Both the position numbers and the translations under genes were made by a program. Below, piece by piece: positions 45,090 through 59,670 of a stretch of DNA of 64,000 nt. Below the pieces are notes generated by a model that worked only from the letters and a program-made list of their open reading frames with translations, did not search any database and was not told the DNA's origin. The number at the start of each line of letters is the position of its first letter. Position 1 is the stretch's first letter. Origin of the DNA: Planctomycetota bacterium (GTDB taxonomy: Bacteria > Planctomycetota > PLA2 > JAEUHO01); assembly GCA_965222115.1 (NCBI GenBank), contig CBDCTJ010000007.1, positions 928,001-992,000 of the forward strand, read 5' to 3'.

Positions 45090-46688
45090 ATGAAGTTACC
45101 CCTCCGTCTTGCTGCTGGACTGGTCGTTGTCTTCGCCATCGCTGGATTGCCCCATGCCGTGGCCAAGCTTGGCAATGCCGAGCTCAAGGAGCTCGAAGGT
45201 CGATTCAATGACCTCTTCAAGGGCCCCGGCGATCCTGACGGCAAGAAGGATGTCTTGACCCAGTTGGCGAGTGACGCGCAGCCGCGCTCGCTCAAGATGT
45301 TGGCTGATGGGCTGTTGAAGCAATGTGTCATTCTCTGGGACCTTCGAGCGGAACTTCAGCAAGTCACCGTCGAGCATGCCGATGCCATGAATCGCAGATT
45401 CAAAGGAACGCACAACGCGCTTGAAAAGGAACTCCAGGAACTGCAGGGAAAGCTTAAGGATCTCGACGCGTCGGTTGCGTCGGAATCCGAAGTGATGGAT
45501 ACCGCGATTGACGCGGTTGCCAGTGCGCCGGAAGCGTTGCGCAAAAACATCTTTCGTCGCGCGAAGACGTCCAAGCAATGGGTATACCGGGCGGCCGCCG
45601 CGCGCATTGCGGGTGCCAAGATGGCCGAAGAGAAGAACGCTCGGCTCTTTGTCCAGCGCGTCCTTATTGGCGACAAGGACCGTCGCGTTCGTTCGGCTGC
45701 ATTGGAAATGGTTGGACAGGCAGAATCAGACTGGGAAGAGTTGGTGATGGGCCGCTTGGGCGATGCCGATTGGGGCGTGCAGCTCATGGCGGTTCGTATC
45801 CTGCATGAGCGCGACTACAAGCCGGCCGTGCCGCATTTGATTCAGGCATTGGGCAAGACCACGCCGCGCGTGGCCGAGGCCATGGGCGCGGCGCTTCAAC
45901 ACTTCACCGGCGAAAAGATTGAGCCGTTTGCTGACGCATGGCAGCGTTGGTGGGAAGATCACAAGGAGGATTGGGACAGCAAGGTCGAGGTCAAGAAGCA
46001 GAAGAAGGAAGAGTTTAAGTCGGTCCATTTCTATGGCATGGAGGTGAAGTCCGACAAGGTCATTTTCATTATCGACGTATCCAAGTCGATGGAGCTAGAA
46101 ACCAAGAACCACAATCCGCGCGAAAAGTGGAAGCCGGCCGGACCCACAACAGGTGGCGGGAAAGCGCCGCCGCCTCCGCCTCCGCCGCCCGAGATTCTTA
46201 GTGGGCCCAAGATCGACGTGGCCAAGCATGAGTTGAAAAAGGCCATTTCCGGGCTCGCGAGCGATGCCAAGTTCACCATTATCGCATTCAAGAGCGTGGC
46301 AAAGGCGTGGCGTCCCCAATTGGTTGAGGCCAACAAGAAGAATAAGGCCGCCGCGCTCAAATGGGTGCGCAACATGAAGCCAAGTGGCGTGACCTACATC
46401 GACGGCGCATTGCGCTTGGCATTTCAAATTGGCGGCGTTACGAATGTCGATGATAAGTACGCCTCCGATCAAGTGGACACCATTGTGCTTGTGTCCGATG
46501 GCGCGCCGACCGACAACAAGATGCCCAAGCCCAAGCTGATGGATCCAGAGATAATTTTGAAGCACGTCCGCGAATGGAATGCGAAGAAGAAGGTTGTGAT
46601 TAACTGCATTAGTGTGGACATGCTTCCTGGCGTGAAGTTCATGAAAGACCTCGCCGACCAAAATGGCGGCAAACACATCGATCGTTAA
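45090..46688 (+). CDS. Secreted HEAT-repeat protein with C-terminal VWA domain
   Basis: Signal peptide, coiled coil and HEAT units. WQRWW...FYGMEVKSDKVIFIIDVSKSM, GVTYIDGAL, VLVSDGAP. Confidence 0.9.
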   Translation: MKLPLRLAAGLVVVFAIAGLPHAVAKLGNAELKELEGRFNDLFKGPGDPDGKKDVLTQLASDAQPRSLKMLADGLLKQCVILWDLRAELQQVTVEHADAMNRRFKGTHNALEKELQELQGKLKDLDASVASESEVMDTAIDAVASAPEALRKNIFRRAKTSKQWVYRAAAARIAGAKMAEEKNARLFVQRVLIGDKDRRVRSAALEMVGQAESDWEELVMGRLGDADWGVQLMAVRILHERDYKPAVPHLIQALGKTTPRVAEAMGAALQHFTGEKIEPFADAWQRWWEDHKEDWDSKVEVKKQKKEEFKSVHFYGMEVKSDKVIFIIDVSKSMELETKNHNPREKWKPAGPTTGGGKAPPPPPPPPEILSGPKIDVAKHELKKAISGLASDAKFTIIAFKSVAKAWRPQLVEANKKNKAAALKWVRNMKPSGVTYIDGALRLAFQIGGVTNVDDKYASDQVDTIVLVSDGAPTDNKMPKPKLMDPEIILKHVREWNAKKKVVINCISVDMLPGVKFMKDLADQNGGKHIDR

Positions 46689-46700
46689 TCCGGACGATTC

Positions 46701-47486
46701 ATGAAGCGCGCGTCGATGAGCGAACGAACGTCGCGCGGTGATGCCGCTTCGCAGGGCCAGTTGGGCTTGTGGCGTGGGGCCAAGTGGATTCGGTTGGGAC
46801 GCGTTGCGGGCGTATCGATTGCGATTGATGCCGGGTTGCTGGTGTTGTTGGCCGGTGGACTCGTGTTGGGTCTCGCGGCCCCGTCGCCGGGTACCCGAGC
46901 ACTCTCGATCGCGCTCGTGTTGGCATCGGTAGTGGTTCATGAGTTGGGCCATGCGTTGATGGCGCGCACGCTCGGCGTTTCGGTGGGCGGTGTCTACTTG
47001 CATGTGGTTCCCTTCGCAGCCATTGATGCGGGTGAACCCGAATCCAAAAGCGATGGGAACAAAATGTTGTGCATTGCGCTTGCCGGGCCGATGGCGAGTA
47101 TGCTCGTTGCAAGCGTCTGCTGGCTCCTGGGCGCGCGCTTTGCGCTCGGCGACACGTCGGCCGAGCGTCTTTTGGATCTACCGCCCTTGACGCTCTTGCT
47201 ATGGGTGAATGCGGTGATGGGCACAGTGAACCTTTTGCCCGCATTGCCGGTGGACGGTGGGCGCGCGCTTGAGGCCTGGGTGCGCCCGCGCGTTTCGTGG
47301 CGACGACGACACGGCATTCTTGCGGGTTGCGGATGGGCCGTGGCCCTTGGCGTAGCCGTTGTCGCCTATGTCACCTCCATGCCGCTTCGGCTTCCGATCG
47401 CGTTGCTTGCCGGCATCTTCCTACTCACCGCCATTCATTTGGGTACCGCCATCTTTCGCCGACCATCTGAAAATGAACGCACCTAG
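46701..47486 (+). CDS. Site-2 protease (peptidase M50)
   Basis: HELGH, IALAGP, NLLPALPVDGGR. Confidence 0.93.
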   Translation: MKRASMSERTSRGDAASQGQLGLWRGAKWIRLGRVAGVSIAIDAGLLVLLAGGLVLGLAAPSPGTRALSIALVLASVVVHELGHALMARTLGVSVGGVYLHVVPFAAIDAGEPESKSDGNKMLCIALAGPMASMLVASVCWLLGARFALGDTSAERLLDLPPLTLLLWVNAVMGTVNLLPALPVDGGRALEAWVRPRVSWRRRHGILAGCGWAVALGVAVVAYVTSMPLRLPIALLAGIFLLTAIHLGTAIFRRPSENERT

Positions 47487-48324
47487 CCCTACGGCACGAT
47501 TTACAGGCACGTCCACCTACGTAGCGACCGACGACTTGCTCGTGGCCGTCAACGCGGCGTTAATCTTGGAGCGCCCCCTACTGATCAAGGGGGAGCCTGG
47601 CACCGGCAAAACAGTGTTGGCGCATGAAGTCGCCACGGCCCTCAAGCGTCCATTGATTGAGTGGCATATCAAGTCGTCAACGAAGGCGCAGAACGGTCTC
47701 TATGAGTACGATGCGGTGGCACGCCTGCGCGATTCACAGCTCGGCGACGATCGCGTACACGACATTCGCAACTACATCGTGCGTGGCAAACTGTGGGAGG
47801 CGTTTACGCAGTCTGACGGCGCAGTGCTCTTGATCGATGAAATCGATAAAGCCGACATTGAGTTTCCCAACGATCTCCTGCAGGAACTCGACCGCATGGA
47901 GTTTGACGTCTATGAAACCAAGGAGACGGTACGCGCCAGCACGCGTCCGCTTGTGATCATCACGTCCAACAACGAAAAGGAGCTACCCGACGCGTTCTTG
48001 CGCCGTTGTTTCTTCCACTACATTCGCTTTCCCGACCCCGAAACGATGGCAGCGATCGTGGAAACCCACTTCCCTGGCATCAAGCAAGACGTCATGCAGC
48101 AGGCCCTCACGGCCTTTTATGGCATACGCGATGTACCGAGTTTGAAAAAGCGCCCATCCACCTCCGAACTCCTCGATTGGATTCGACTCTTGACCGCGGA
48201 GGGCATTCGACCCGAGGCGGCCGCGGGTGAAACCGGATTGCCCCCGCTGCATGGCGCGCTGCTCAAGAACGAGCAGGACGTGGCCATGACGCGGCATCAC
48301 CAGTCAAGAGGGCGCCGACGGTGA
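47473..48324 (+). CDS. MoxR family AAA+ ATPase (PA2707/CoxD-like)
   Basis: GEPGTGKT, LYEYDAVARLRDSQ, LIDEIDKADIEFPNDLL, TSNNEKELPDAFLRRC. Confidence 0.95.
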   Translation: MNAPSPTARFTGTSTYVATDDLLVAVNAALILERPLLIKGEPGTGKTVLAHEVATALKRPLIEWHIKSSTKAQNGLYEYDAVARLRDSQLGDDRVHDIRNYIVRGKLWEAFTQSDGAVLLIDEIDKADIEFPNDLLQELDRMEFDVYETKETVRASTRPLVIITSNNEKELPDAFLRRCFFHYIRFPDPETMAAIVETHFPGIKQDVMQQALTAFYGIRDVPSLKKRPSTSELLDWIRLLTAEGIRPEAAAGETGLPPLHGALLKNEQDVAMTRHHQSRGRRR

Positions 48325-49502
48325 GTGCCCTCTTTGGCCAGTTCTTCTACGCGTTACGTGCCTACGATGTGCCTGTGAGTCTGCGCGAATACCTCACATT
48401 GCTTGAGGGTGTGGCCAAGGGACTTGCCAGTTTTCGTGTGGACGACTTCTACGTATTGAGTCGCGCATGCCTCGTCAAGGATGAGCGGCATATCGATAAA
48501 TTTGATCGGGTATTTGGCCACATCTTTCGCGGCATGGAATTGTTAACCGATCCGCAGCAGGAGATTCCTGAGGCATGGCTGCGCCGTTTGGCCGAGCGCT
48601 TCCTCGGCCCCGATGAATTGGAGAAGATCCAGGCGCTGGGCGGTTTTGATGAACTCATGCGCACCTTGATGGAGCGACTCAAGGAACAACAGGAGCGGCA
48701 TCAGGGCGGAAACAAGTGGATTGGCACGGGCGGAACGTCACCTTTTGGGGCGTGGGGCGCCAATCCCTTTGGCGTGCGCATCGGACAGCATCGATCGCGT
48801 CACCGTCGCGCCGTCAAGGTGTGGGACGCACGCGAGTTTCGAGATTTTGATGACAGTCGCGAACTGGGTACACGCAACATCAAGGTGGCGCTGCGGCGAT
48901 TGCGGAAGGTCGTACGCGAAGGGCGCGAGTGGGATCTCAATGTGGACCACACCATTCGCGCCACCGCCAAGAACGCGGGCTATCTCGACATGGTGTGGGA
49001 GCGCTCGCGTGAAAACCGTGTGAAAGTGTTGCTCCTGCTCGATGTGGGTGGCTCGATGGACGATCACGTGCAATCCGTGGAAGAGCTGTTTTCTGCGGCG
49101 CGTGCGGAGTTCAAGCATCTCGAAGTGTTCTATTTCCACAACTGCCTCTATGAGGAAGTGTGGCGCGACAATCAGCTACGTCATCGCGACCGCACCAGCA
49201 CGTTGGAGCTCATGCACACCTACGGCCCCGACTACAAGGTGATGTTTGTGGGCGACGCCAGCATGAGTCCCTACGAGATCACCGAAGTTGGAGGGTCCGT
49301 CGAACATTGGAATCCCGAGAGCGGTCAAATGTGGCTGCGTCGCGCGCGGCGCACGTGGAAGCACTGTGTGTGGATCAATCCCGTGCCGGAGGCCCACTGG
49401 GGATTTACCTATTCCATTCAGATGATCCGCAATCAGTTCGAGGGGCGGATGGTGCCGCTCACGCTTGAAGGGCTCGAGCGTGCCACCAAGGCGTTGAGCT
49501 AA
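48321..49502 (+). CDS. VWA domain protein (CoxE-like partner of MoxR)
   Basis: GGNKWIGTGGTSPFG, LLDVGGSMD, FVGDASMSPYE; GTGA overlap with the ATPase. Confidence 0.93.
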   Translation: MSALFGQFFYALRAYDVPVSLREYLTLLEGVAKGLASFRVDDFYVLSRACLVKDERHIDKFDRVFGHIFRGMELLTDPQQEIPEAWLRRLAERFLGPDELEKIQALGGFDELMRTLMERLKEQQERHQGGNKWIGTGGTSPFGAWGANPFGVRIGQHRSRHRRAVKVWDAREFRDFDDSRELGTRNIKVALRRLRKVVREGREWDLNVDHTIRATAKNAGYLDMVWERSRENRVKVLLLLDVGGSMDDHVQSVEELFSAARAEFKHLEVFYFHNCLYEEVWRDNQLRHRDRTSTLELMHTYGPDYKVMFVGDASMSPYEITEVGGSVEHWNPESGQMWLRRARRTWKHCVWINPVPEAHWGFTYSIQMIRNQFEGRMVPLTLEGLERATKALS

Positions 49503-49600
49503 ATCAGGTGATGCATACATTCGTCGGGCTTAAGTAGTCCCGCTCGAATTTGAGCTGCGCCGGTACGATGGGTCGTGGCTGGACCGAGGATCCTTGACTC

Positions 49601-52162
49601 ATGTCGTCAAACGTGCGCGCATTGCTTCTGCTCATGGCCTTCGCGGCCGTTGTGACCCTTGGCGTCATGTGGTTTTTGGATGGGTTCGATGGCGGCGATC
49701 GCGACGTGAGCACGGTCACCTACGACGAAGAGGCACGCAGCAACGAGCTTCTGACCGAGCTTCGTTCCACTGCCGACAGGCGCCGTGTACCTGGCTTAGA
49801 GACCGTTGGGCTTGAGGGGAAAGGCGCGGGCACGGGCCACTTGCGCGGCGAGGTGTATCTCTTTGTTGCGGGCAAATCGGGGCGCCCGCTGCCGGGTGTG
49901 AAGGTCAAAATTCTCGGTTATCGAAAGGGCCTGCCTGAACTTCACCTGGAAGAAGTCACCAACGAAAAGGGCGTCTTTCACTTCCGCGACGTACCTGTGT
50001 TTCTAAACGGCGTATTGTTGATTCATCATCCGCCGTATCGCGAGTACCTCCTACGCGGCATGAGCGTGCTCAAAGACCGCACCAAAGACGTGGGGAGGAT
50101 TCGATTGGGGGCGCCCACGTCCTTGCAGGGCGAAGTGCTCGACGCTCGCGGACGTCCGGTCACAGGGGCACGCGTGCAAGTGCTCAAGGACCGCAGTCGA
50201 CGCGACAGCTTCGATATTCATCGCGCCTTGCGCGAACTTCAGACCGAGGGAGCGCCGATGGCGCAATCGGCGGTTGCCGAGGACGGCTCGTTTCGTATTG
50301 GCGATCTGCCACCGGGGCAGTACGTACTGCGGGTGAGTGCGCCCGGGTTCGCAACAACGTTTCGCGCGGGCGTGTATGTTTCAGCCGACGAGAACAGCAC
50401 GCGTGTGCGCATTGTCTTGGATGAAGGTGCGGGCTACAAGGGGTATGTGCGCGATGAGAAAGGCCAGGCCGTTGCTGGCGCGCGCATTATCGCCGTTATT
50501 GCGCAGAGCCAAAAGATGACGCGGCTAGACCGCATGGATGCTCAATCCGATGCACACGGATACTACGAACTCAATTCACTCGTGCCCGGCGTGCGTTACT
50601 TTATCTCTGCAGCGGCCGATGGATACGCGTCCAGTGCCATGGTGCTCACACCGTCTGCCAAGGTTCAGCAGCGCAACATCACACTGAAGCCCAGTGGCCG
50701 AATTGTGGGGCGTATCACAGACAAAGAAACCGGGCAACCCATCGCCGCCGCCCATGTCGGTCTACTAGCGGGACAAATGATGTCGATGTCGCCCGTTGCG
50801 ACGACGACGAATGAACATGGTGAATACGAGTTTCCCCATGTTTCACCAGGTCCTATCTTGGGTCTTACCGTTTCCGCCGAAGGGTATCAACAAAGCGACG
50901 TATTGGACGCGCTCGCGGTGGGTGCTAAGACTGTTCTCGCGGGTCAAGAAACGCGGCTGGACTGGACACTGGTCGCGGGCGGTTCGATTGAAGGCCATGT
51001 ACGGGCGCGTGACGGAAGGCCTGTGCCCTATGCGACTGTGGCGTTTTATGATCGTCGGCGTGCCTACCACGGTGAGCGAACGTCCGTTACCGGGGTGGAC
51101 GGCTCGTACCGCATAGTTGGATTGCGTGCCGCGAAATACGAAGTGCGTATAACCGCTCCGGGCTACGCCCCACCGCACGACAAACGCGTGGCGGAGTTTG
51201 TCATGCCCAAGGCACTCGGTGAGCACGAGCATCCCATCGTGATTGACCGGGGTGCGGTCATCCATGGCGTCGTGAAGAATCCACAGGGCGAACCGCAGGC
51301 CGGTGCACGCATTCAGTTGCTGGCGCTAGGCAACAGCGCCGCTCAGCGTCGCGTGCAAGACATCAAGACGGTTACTGGGAGTACCGGCGCCTACGTGCTC
51401 TACGGCGTCCCGGTTGAGATGCCGCTCAAGATCGTGGCCGAGCATGATGAGTTTGCTTCTGCCGAAAGTGCACGTTACGAGTTTCCTCCGGGGGCCGATC
51501 AAGTTGTTCACCTGCAACTGCGGGCCGGCATTTCGCTATCAGGTTTCGTCGTCGACCAAGACGGGCGAAAGCTAGAAGGAGCTCGCGTGCGTTGGGGTCT
51601 CATTCGCGATGCACACGATCGGGCGCTTCGCGATTCGTACCGGGCCGATGAACTATTGGGTACGCGGGTGGTTCGTAGCGACCAACGGGGTGAATTCGTA
51701 GTGGATGGGTTGCGGCAAGGCGGGCTCTTGCTCAAAGTCGAGCACGAAGGCTATGCCACGTGGTACCGGCGCGACCTGGTGATCACAGACGGGGAGTTGG
51801 AGGAGTTGCGCGTGGAGCTTCAAGGCGCGCTTGCGGTGAGCGGGCGTGTGATGTCAGCAGCCACAGGACGCGCGTTGGCGGGCGCCTATGTCTACGCCAT
51901 TGAGAAGGGCCCCGCCGAGGGACAAGAGGATGATCCCGGTCACGTCAATGTGCTTGTGAATGGGGAGACCGGCGTCGACGGTCGCTTTCATTTGGATGGC
52001 ATTCCACCGCGTCGCCTCGATGTCGTGGTGTGGTTTGCGCCGGGACATGTCGGTGCGGCCCAAAACCGCGCGGATCCATCCAATCGCAAACGCAACGTGT
52101 CGGCCGGCGCATCCAATTTGGTGTTTCACCTCAAACCGGTTGGCAAGGTTGAGGGGGAATAG
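49601..52162 (+). CDS. Membrane-anchored protein with multiple carboxypeptidase-regulatory-like repeats
   Basis: 853 aa with N-terminal TM. Repeated GxVxDxxGxPVxGAxV...DGxF/Y...LxPGxYxLxVxAxG(F/Y) units. Confidence 0.88.
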   Translation: MSSNVRALLLLMAFAAVVTLGVMWFLDGFDGGDRDVSTVTYDEEARSNELLTELRSTADRRRVPGLETVGLEGKGAGTGHLRGEVYLFVAGKSGRPLPGVKVKILGYRKGLPELHLEEVTNEKGVFHFRDVPVFLNGVLLIHHPPYREYLLRGMSVLKDRTKDVGRIRLGAPTSLQGEVLDARGRPVTGARVQVLKDRSRRDSFDIHRALRELQTEGAPMAQSAVAEDGSFRIGDLPPGQYVLRVSAPGFATTFRAGVYVSADENSTRVRIVLDEGAGYKGYVRDEKGQAVAGARIIAVIAQSQKMTRLDRMDAQSDAHGYYELNSLVPGVRYFISAAADGYASSAMVLTPSAKVQQRNITLKPSGRIVGRITDKETGQPIAAAHVGLLAGQMMSMSPVATTTNEHGEYEFPHVSPGPILGLTVSAEGYQQSDVLDALAVGAKTVLAGQETRLDWTLVAGGSIEGHVRARDGRPVPYATVAFYDRRRAYHGERTSVTGVDGSYRIVGLRAAKYEVRITAPGYAPPHDKRVAEFVMPKALGEHEHPIVIDRGAVIHGVVKNPQGEPQAGARIQLLALGNSAAQRRVQDIKTVTGSTGAYVLYGVPVEMPLKIVAEHDEFASAESARYEFPPGADQVVHLQLRAGISLSGFVVDQDGRKLEGARVRWGLIRDAHDRALRDSYRADELLGTRVVRSDQRGEFVVDGLRQGGLLLKVEHEGYATWYRRDLVITDGELEELRVELQGALAVSGRVMSAATGRALAGAYVYAIEKGPAEGQEDDPGHVNVLVNGETGVDGRFHLDGIPPRRLDVVVWFAPGHVGAAQNRADPSNRKRNVSAGASNLVFHLKPVGKVEGE

Positions 52163-52172
52163 CCTCGCGGGA

Positions 52173-57379
<5,207 letters not shown>

Positions 57380-57618
57380 CGCCGCACCCACCCGCAATCT
57401 CGTCGTTTGCCTTTTGTGACGAAAAAGCCGAAGAAACACGTAGTGTTCTGTACGGCTTCGTTCAAGTCAAGTGGTACCAAATGCCGAGAAATTGGGGAGA
57501 GGTTGCGGGCTGAGACGCGTGCGTAGCGTTTCCCCCTCGCCGCGATCGTTTTCAGGATCCAGTAGTCCCTTTGTCACCCGGGCGTGGCGTGGTGGATTGC
57601 GTTGAGGACACACATTTC

Positions 57619-58752
57619 ATGGCCAGGATTCTGATTGTCGAAGACGAGGAATTCCTGCGCGACATTTTGTCGCAGCACTTGGGAACCCAAGGCCATATCT
57701 GCGATCACGCGCCCGATGGTGAAGTCGGGGTGCGCATGGTGGGCGCTGCCAAAGAAGGCTACGACGTCATCATCAGTGACATTCATATGCCCAAGATGGA
57801 TGGTTTGGCGTTTCTCCGTCGAGTACAACCGTACGTCGAGTCGGTCACACCGTGCATGATTCTGACCGCCTACAACGAACTCGAACACGCCATGGAAGCC
57901 ATTCGGCTAGGCGCCTGCAACTTCATTCCTAAAAATCCATTCAATTTGGACGAGATTACTGAAGCCGTCAATCGCGCGTTGGAGTTGCGCAAGGTCTATA
58001 CACTTCGCCACAACTATAAGCAACAGTTGGAACAAAAACTTCGCGAGAAAGAAGAGGAGTTGCGGCGGACCTATGACGGCACGGTGATTGGGTTCGCGTC
58101 GATGATTGAAGGCAAGGACGCCTCCACCATGGCGCATCTCTACCGCGTGCGCGACTACGTGACGTTGCTTGCCAAGGAAGTGGGGCTGCCCGCCGATCAG
58201 ATGCGCGACTTGCAACTGGGGGCCATGCTGCACGACGTGGGAAAGTATCGCGTGCCCGACGCAATCCTGACCAAGCCATCTTCCCTGACGGAAGATGAGT
58301 GGGTCATCATGCGGCGCCACCCGGCCTTTGGCGCGCAGTTCGTGGCGGCGATTCCGTTCCTCACGGGCGCGCGCGATGTCATTGAGTACCACCATGAGCG
58401 TTGGGACGGCAAGGGCTACCCTCATGGGCTGTCGGGTGAGGACATCCCGTTGGCGGCACGCATCTTTGCGGTCGTCGATGCCTTCGATGCCATCGTGTCG
58501 GAGCGCTGTTACAAAGAAGCGCAAACACCGGCCACCGCCTTGGTTGAGATTCGGCGCTGCGCCGGTACGCAGTTTGATCCGTCCATTGTGGACGCCTTTG
58601 AACGTGTCTTGCCGCTTATCGAGCGTTGCGCGGAAGACTTTGAACGCCGCTTCCGGAATGAAATCGAGTCCATTGGTCTTGGCCGCGCCACCGATCGCAA
58701 GCGCGTGGCCGAGCAGGGCCATGAAGTGTTGGACCGCGAACTCCGCGCCTAA
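57619..58752 (+). CDS. Response regulator with HD-GYP c-di-GMP phosphodiesterase domain
   Basis: REC domain (ILIVEDE, SDIHMPKMDG). HDVGK, HHERWDGKGYPHGL, GTQFDP. Confidence 0.96.
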   Translation: MARILIVEDEEFLRDILSQHLGTQGHICDHAPDGEVGVRMVGAAKEGYDVIISDIHMPKMDGLAFLRRVQPYVESVTPCMILTAYNELEHAMEAIRLGACNFIPKNPFNLDEITEAVNRALELRKVYTLRHNYKQQLEQKLREKEEELRRTYDGTVIGFASMIEGKDASTMAHLYRVRDYVTLLAKEVGLPADQMRDLQLGAMLHDVGKYRVPDAILTKPSSLTEDEWVIMRRHPAFGAQFVAAIPFLTGARDVIEYHHERWDGKGYPHGLSGEDIPLAARIFAVVDAFDAIVSERCYKEAQTPATALVEIRRCAGTQFDPSIVDAFERVLPLIERCAEDFERRFRNEIESIGLGRATDRKRVAEQGHEVLDRELRA

Positions 58753-58764
58753 CGTTGTGGGTCG

Positions 58765-59571
58765 TTATGCGCGCTTTCGGCGTTCGAAGAACTTCTTACG
58801 GAAGAATCGCGGTGGGTTCTTTTCCGAGAGCAACCCCACCGCTACCATACCGCCTTCACGATCTTTGAACTCAGCGGCGACCAGTTGCGCGCGGGTGGTC
58901 CACACCGCTTGACCCGCATGCACAAACCGAAGCGACAAGGGGTGTTCACCGAGTCGTGCGTGCACATCGCCATCACTTCGCGCAGGAAGATCGGCGGCAA
59001 TCATGCGTTCGCCCAAGCCCCGTACGCGACCGATGTAGCGAGGTCCCGCTGTGGTGCCCGCATCATCGGCAAATACCAAAACCTGTAAGTAGAGGTTGGG
59101 ACGCGTGAGTAGCGACAGGCCGTCCAGCACATCATGAACACGTGTGGGCGCGCGCTGAATGGCCATTTCGCTGCTCATGCCCAAACGGCGCTGCTGCTCG
59201 GGCGTTAGCGATGTTGCGAAGGAACATCCGAGAAACAGCCCGTCTTCTTCGCCGCTGCGCGTTCCCAAGCGCAACATCCGCGTTTCGGTAACGACCCCGT
59301 GATCGGGAAACACGAGATCGAATCCGCCGTCAAACTCCTCGTGCATCCATTCGATCAGATTGGCCGCGTCGTCGTCCATGGCCTTCATGAGCGCCTCGCG
59401 ATCGACGCGCATCAAAACGCCGCCTTCCGAGACATCGACCGTGACGCCGGTGTATTCCCCCCGTTTGCATCGCGCCAGCACCGGCAGCTTGAGCAGCAGG
59501 CGCGGATGGGCGCGCTTGCCGGAAAGTAGGGCGCGGAGGGGGTCGCTCTCGCGGTGGGGGTCGTGATTCAC
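58765..59571 (-). CDS. PilZ domain protein (N-terminal PilZ, second degenerate domain)
   Basis: KRAHPR (RxxxR), DVSEGG (DxSxxG), LGCSF. Confidence 0.85.
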   Translation of the reverse strand: MNHDPHRESDPLRALLSGKRAHPRLLLKLPVLARCKRGEYTGVTVDVSEGGVLMRVDREALMKAMDDDAANLIEWMHEEFDGGFDLVFPDHGVVTETRMLRLGTRSGEEDGLFLGCSFATSLTPEQQRRLGMSSEMAIQRAPTRVHDVLDGLSLLTRPNLYLQVLVFADDAGTTAGPRYIGRVRGLGERMIAADLPARSDGDVHARLGEHPLSLRFVHAGQAVWTTRAQLVAAEFKDREGGMVAVGLLSEKNPPRFFRKKFFERRKRA

Positions 59572-59670
59572 GCCGTAGATCTCGGAGCCGGGAAAGGTCG
59601 TAATCTACTGTGAAATGCGGCAAGTCCTATGGCCTCTTCGCGCAGGACTCGAGAACAACGGGTCCGTCCG

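Noticed and set aside
47473-49502. CO dehydrogenase (cox) cluster
   Set aside because: No coxMSL structural genes; this MoxR/VWA pair commonly occurs alone.
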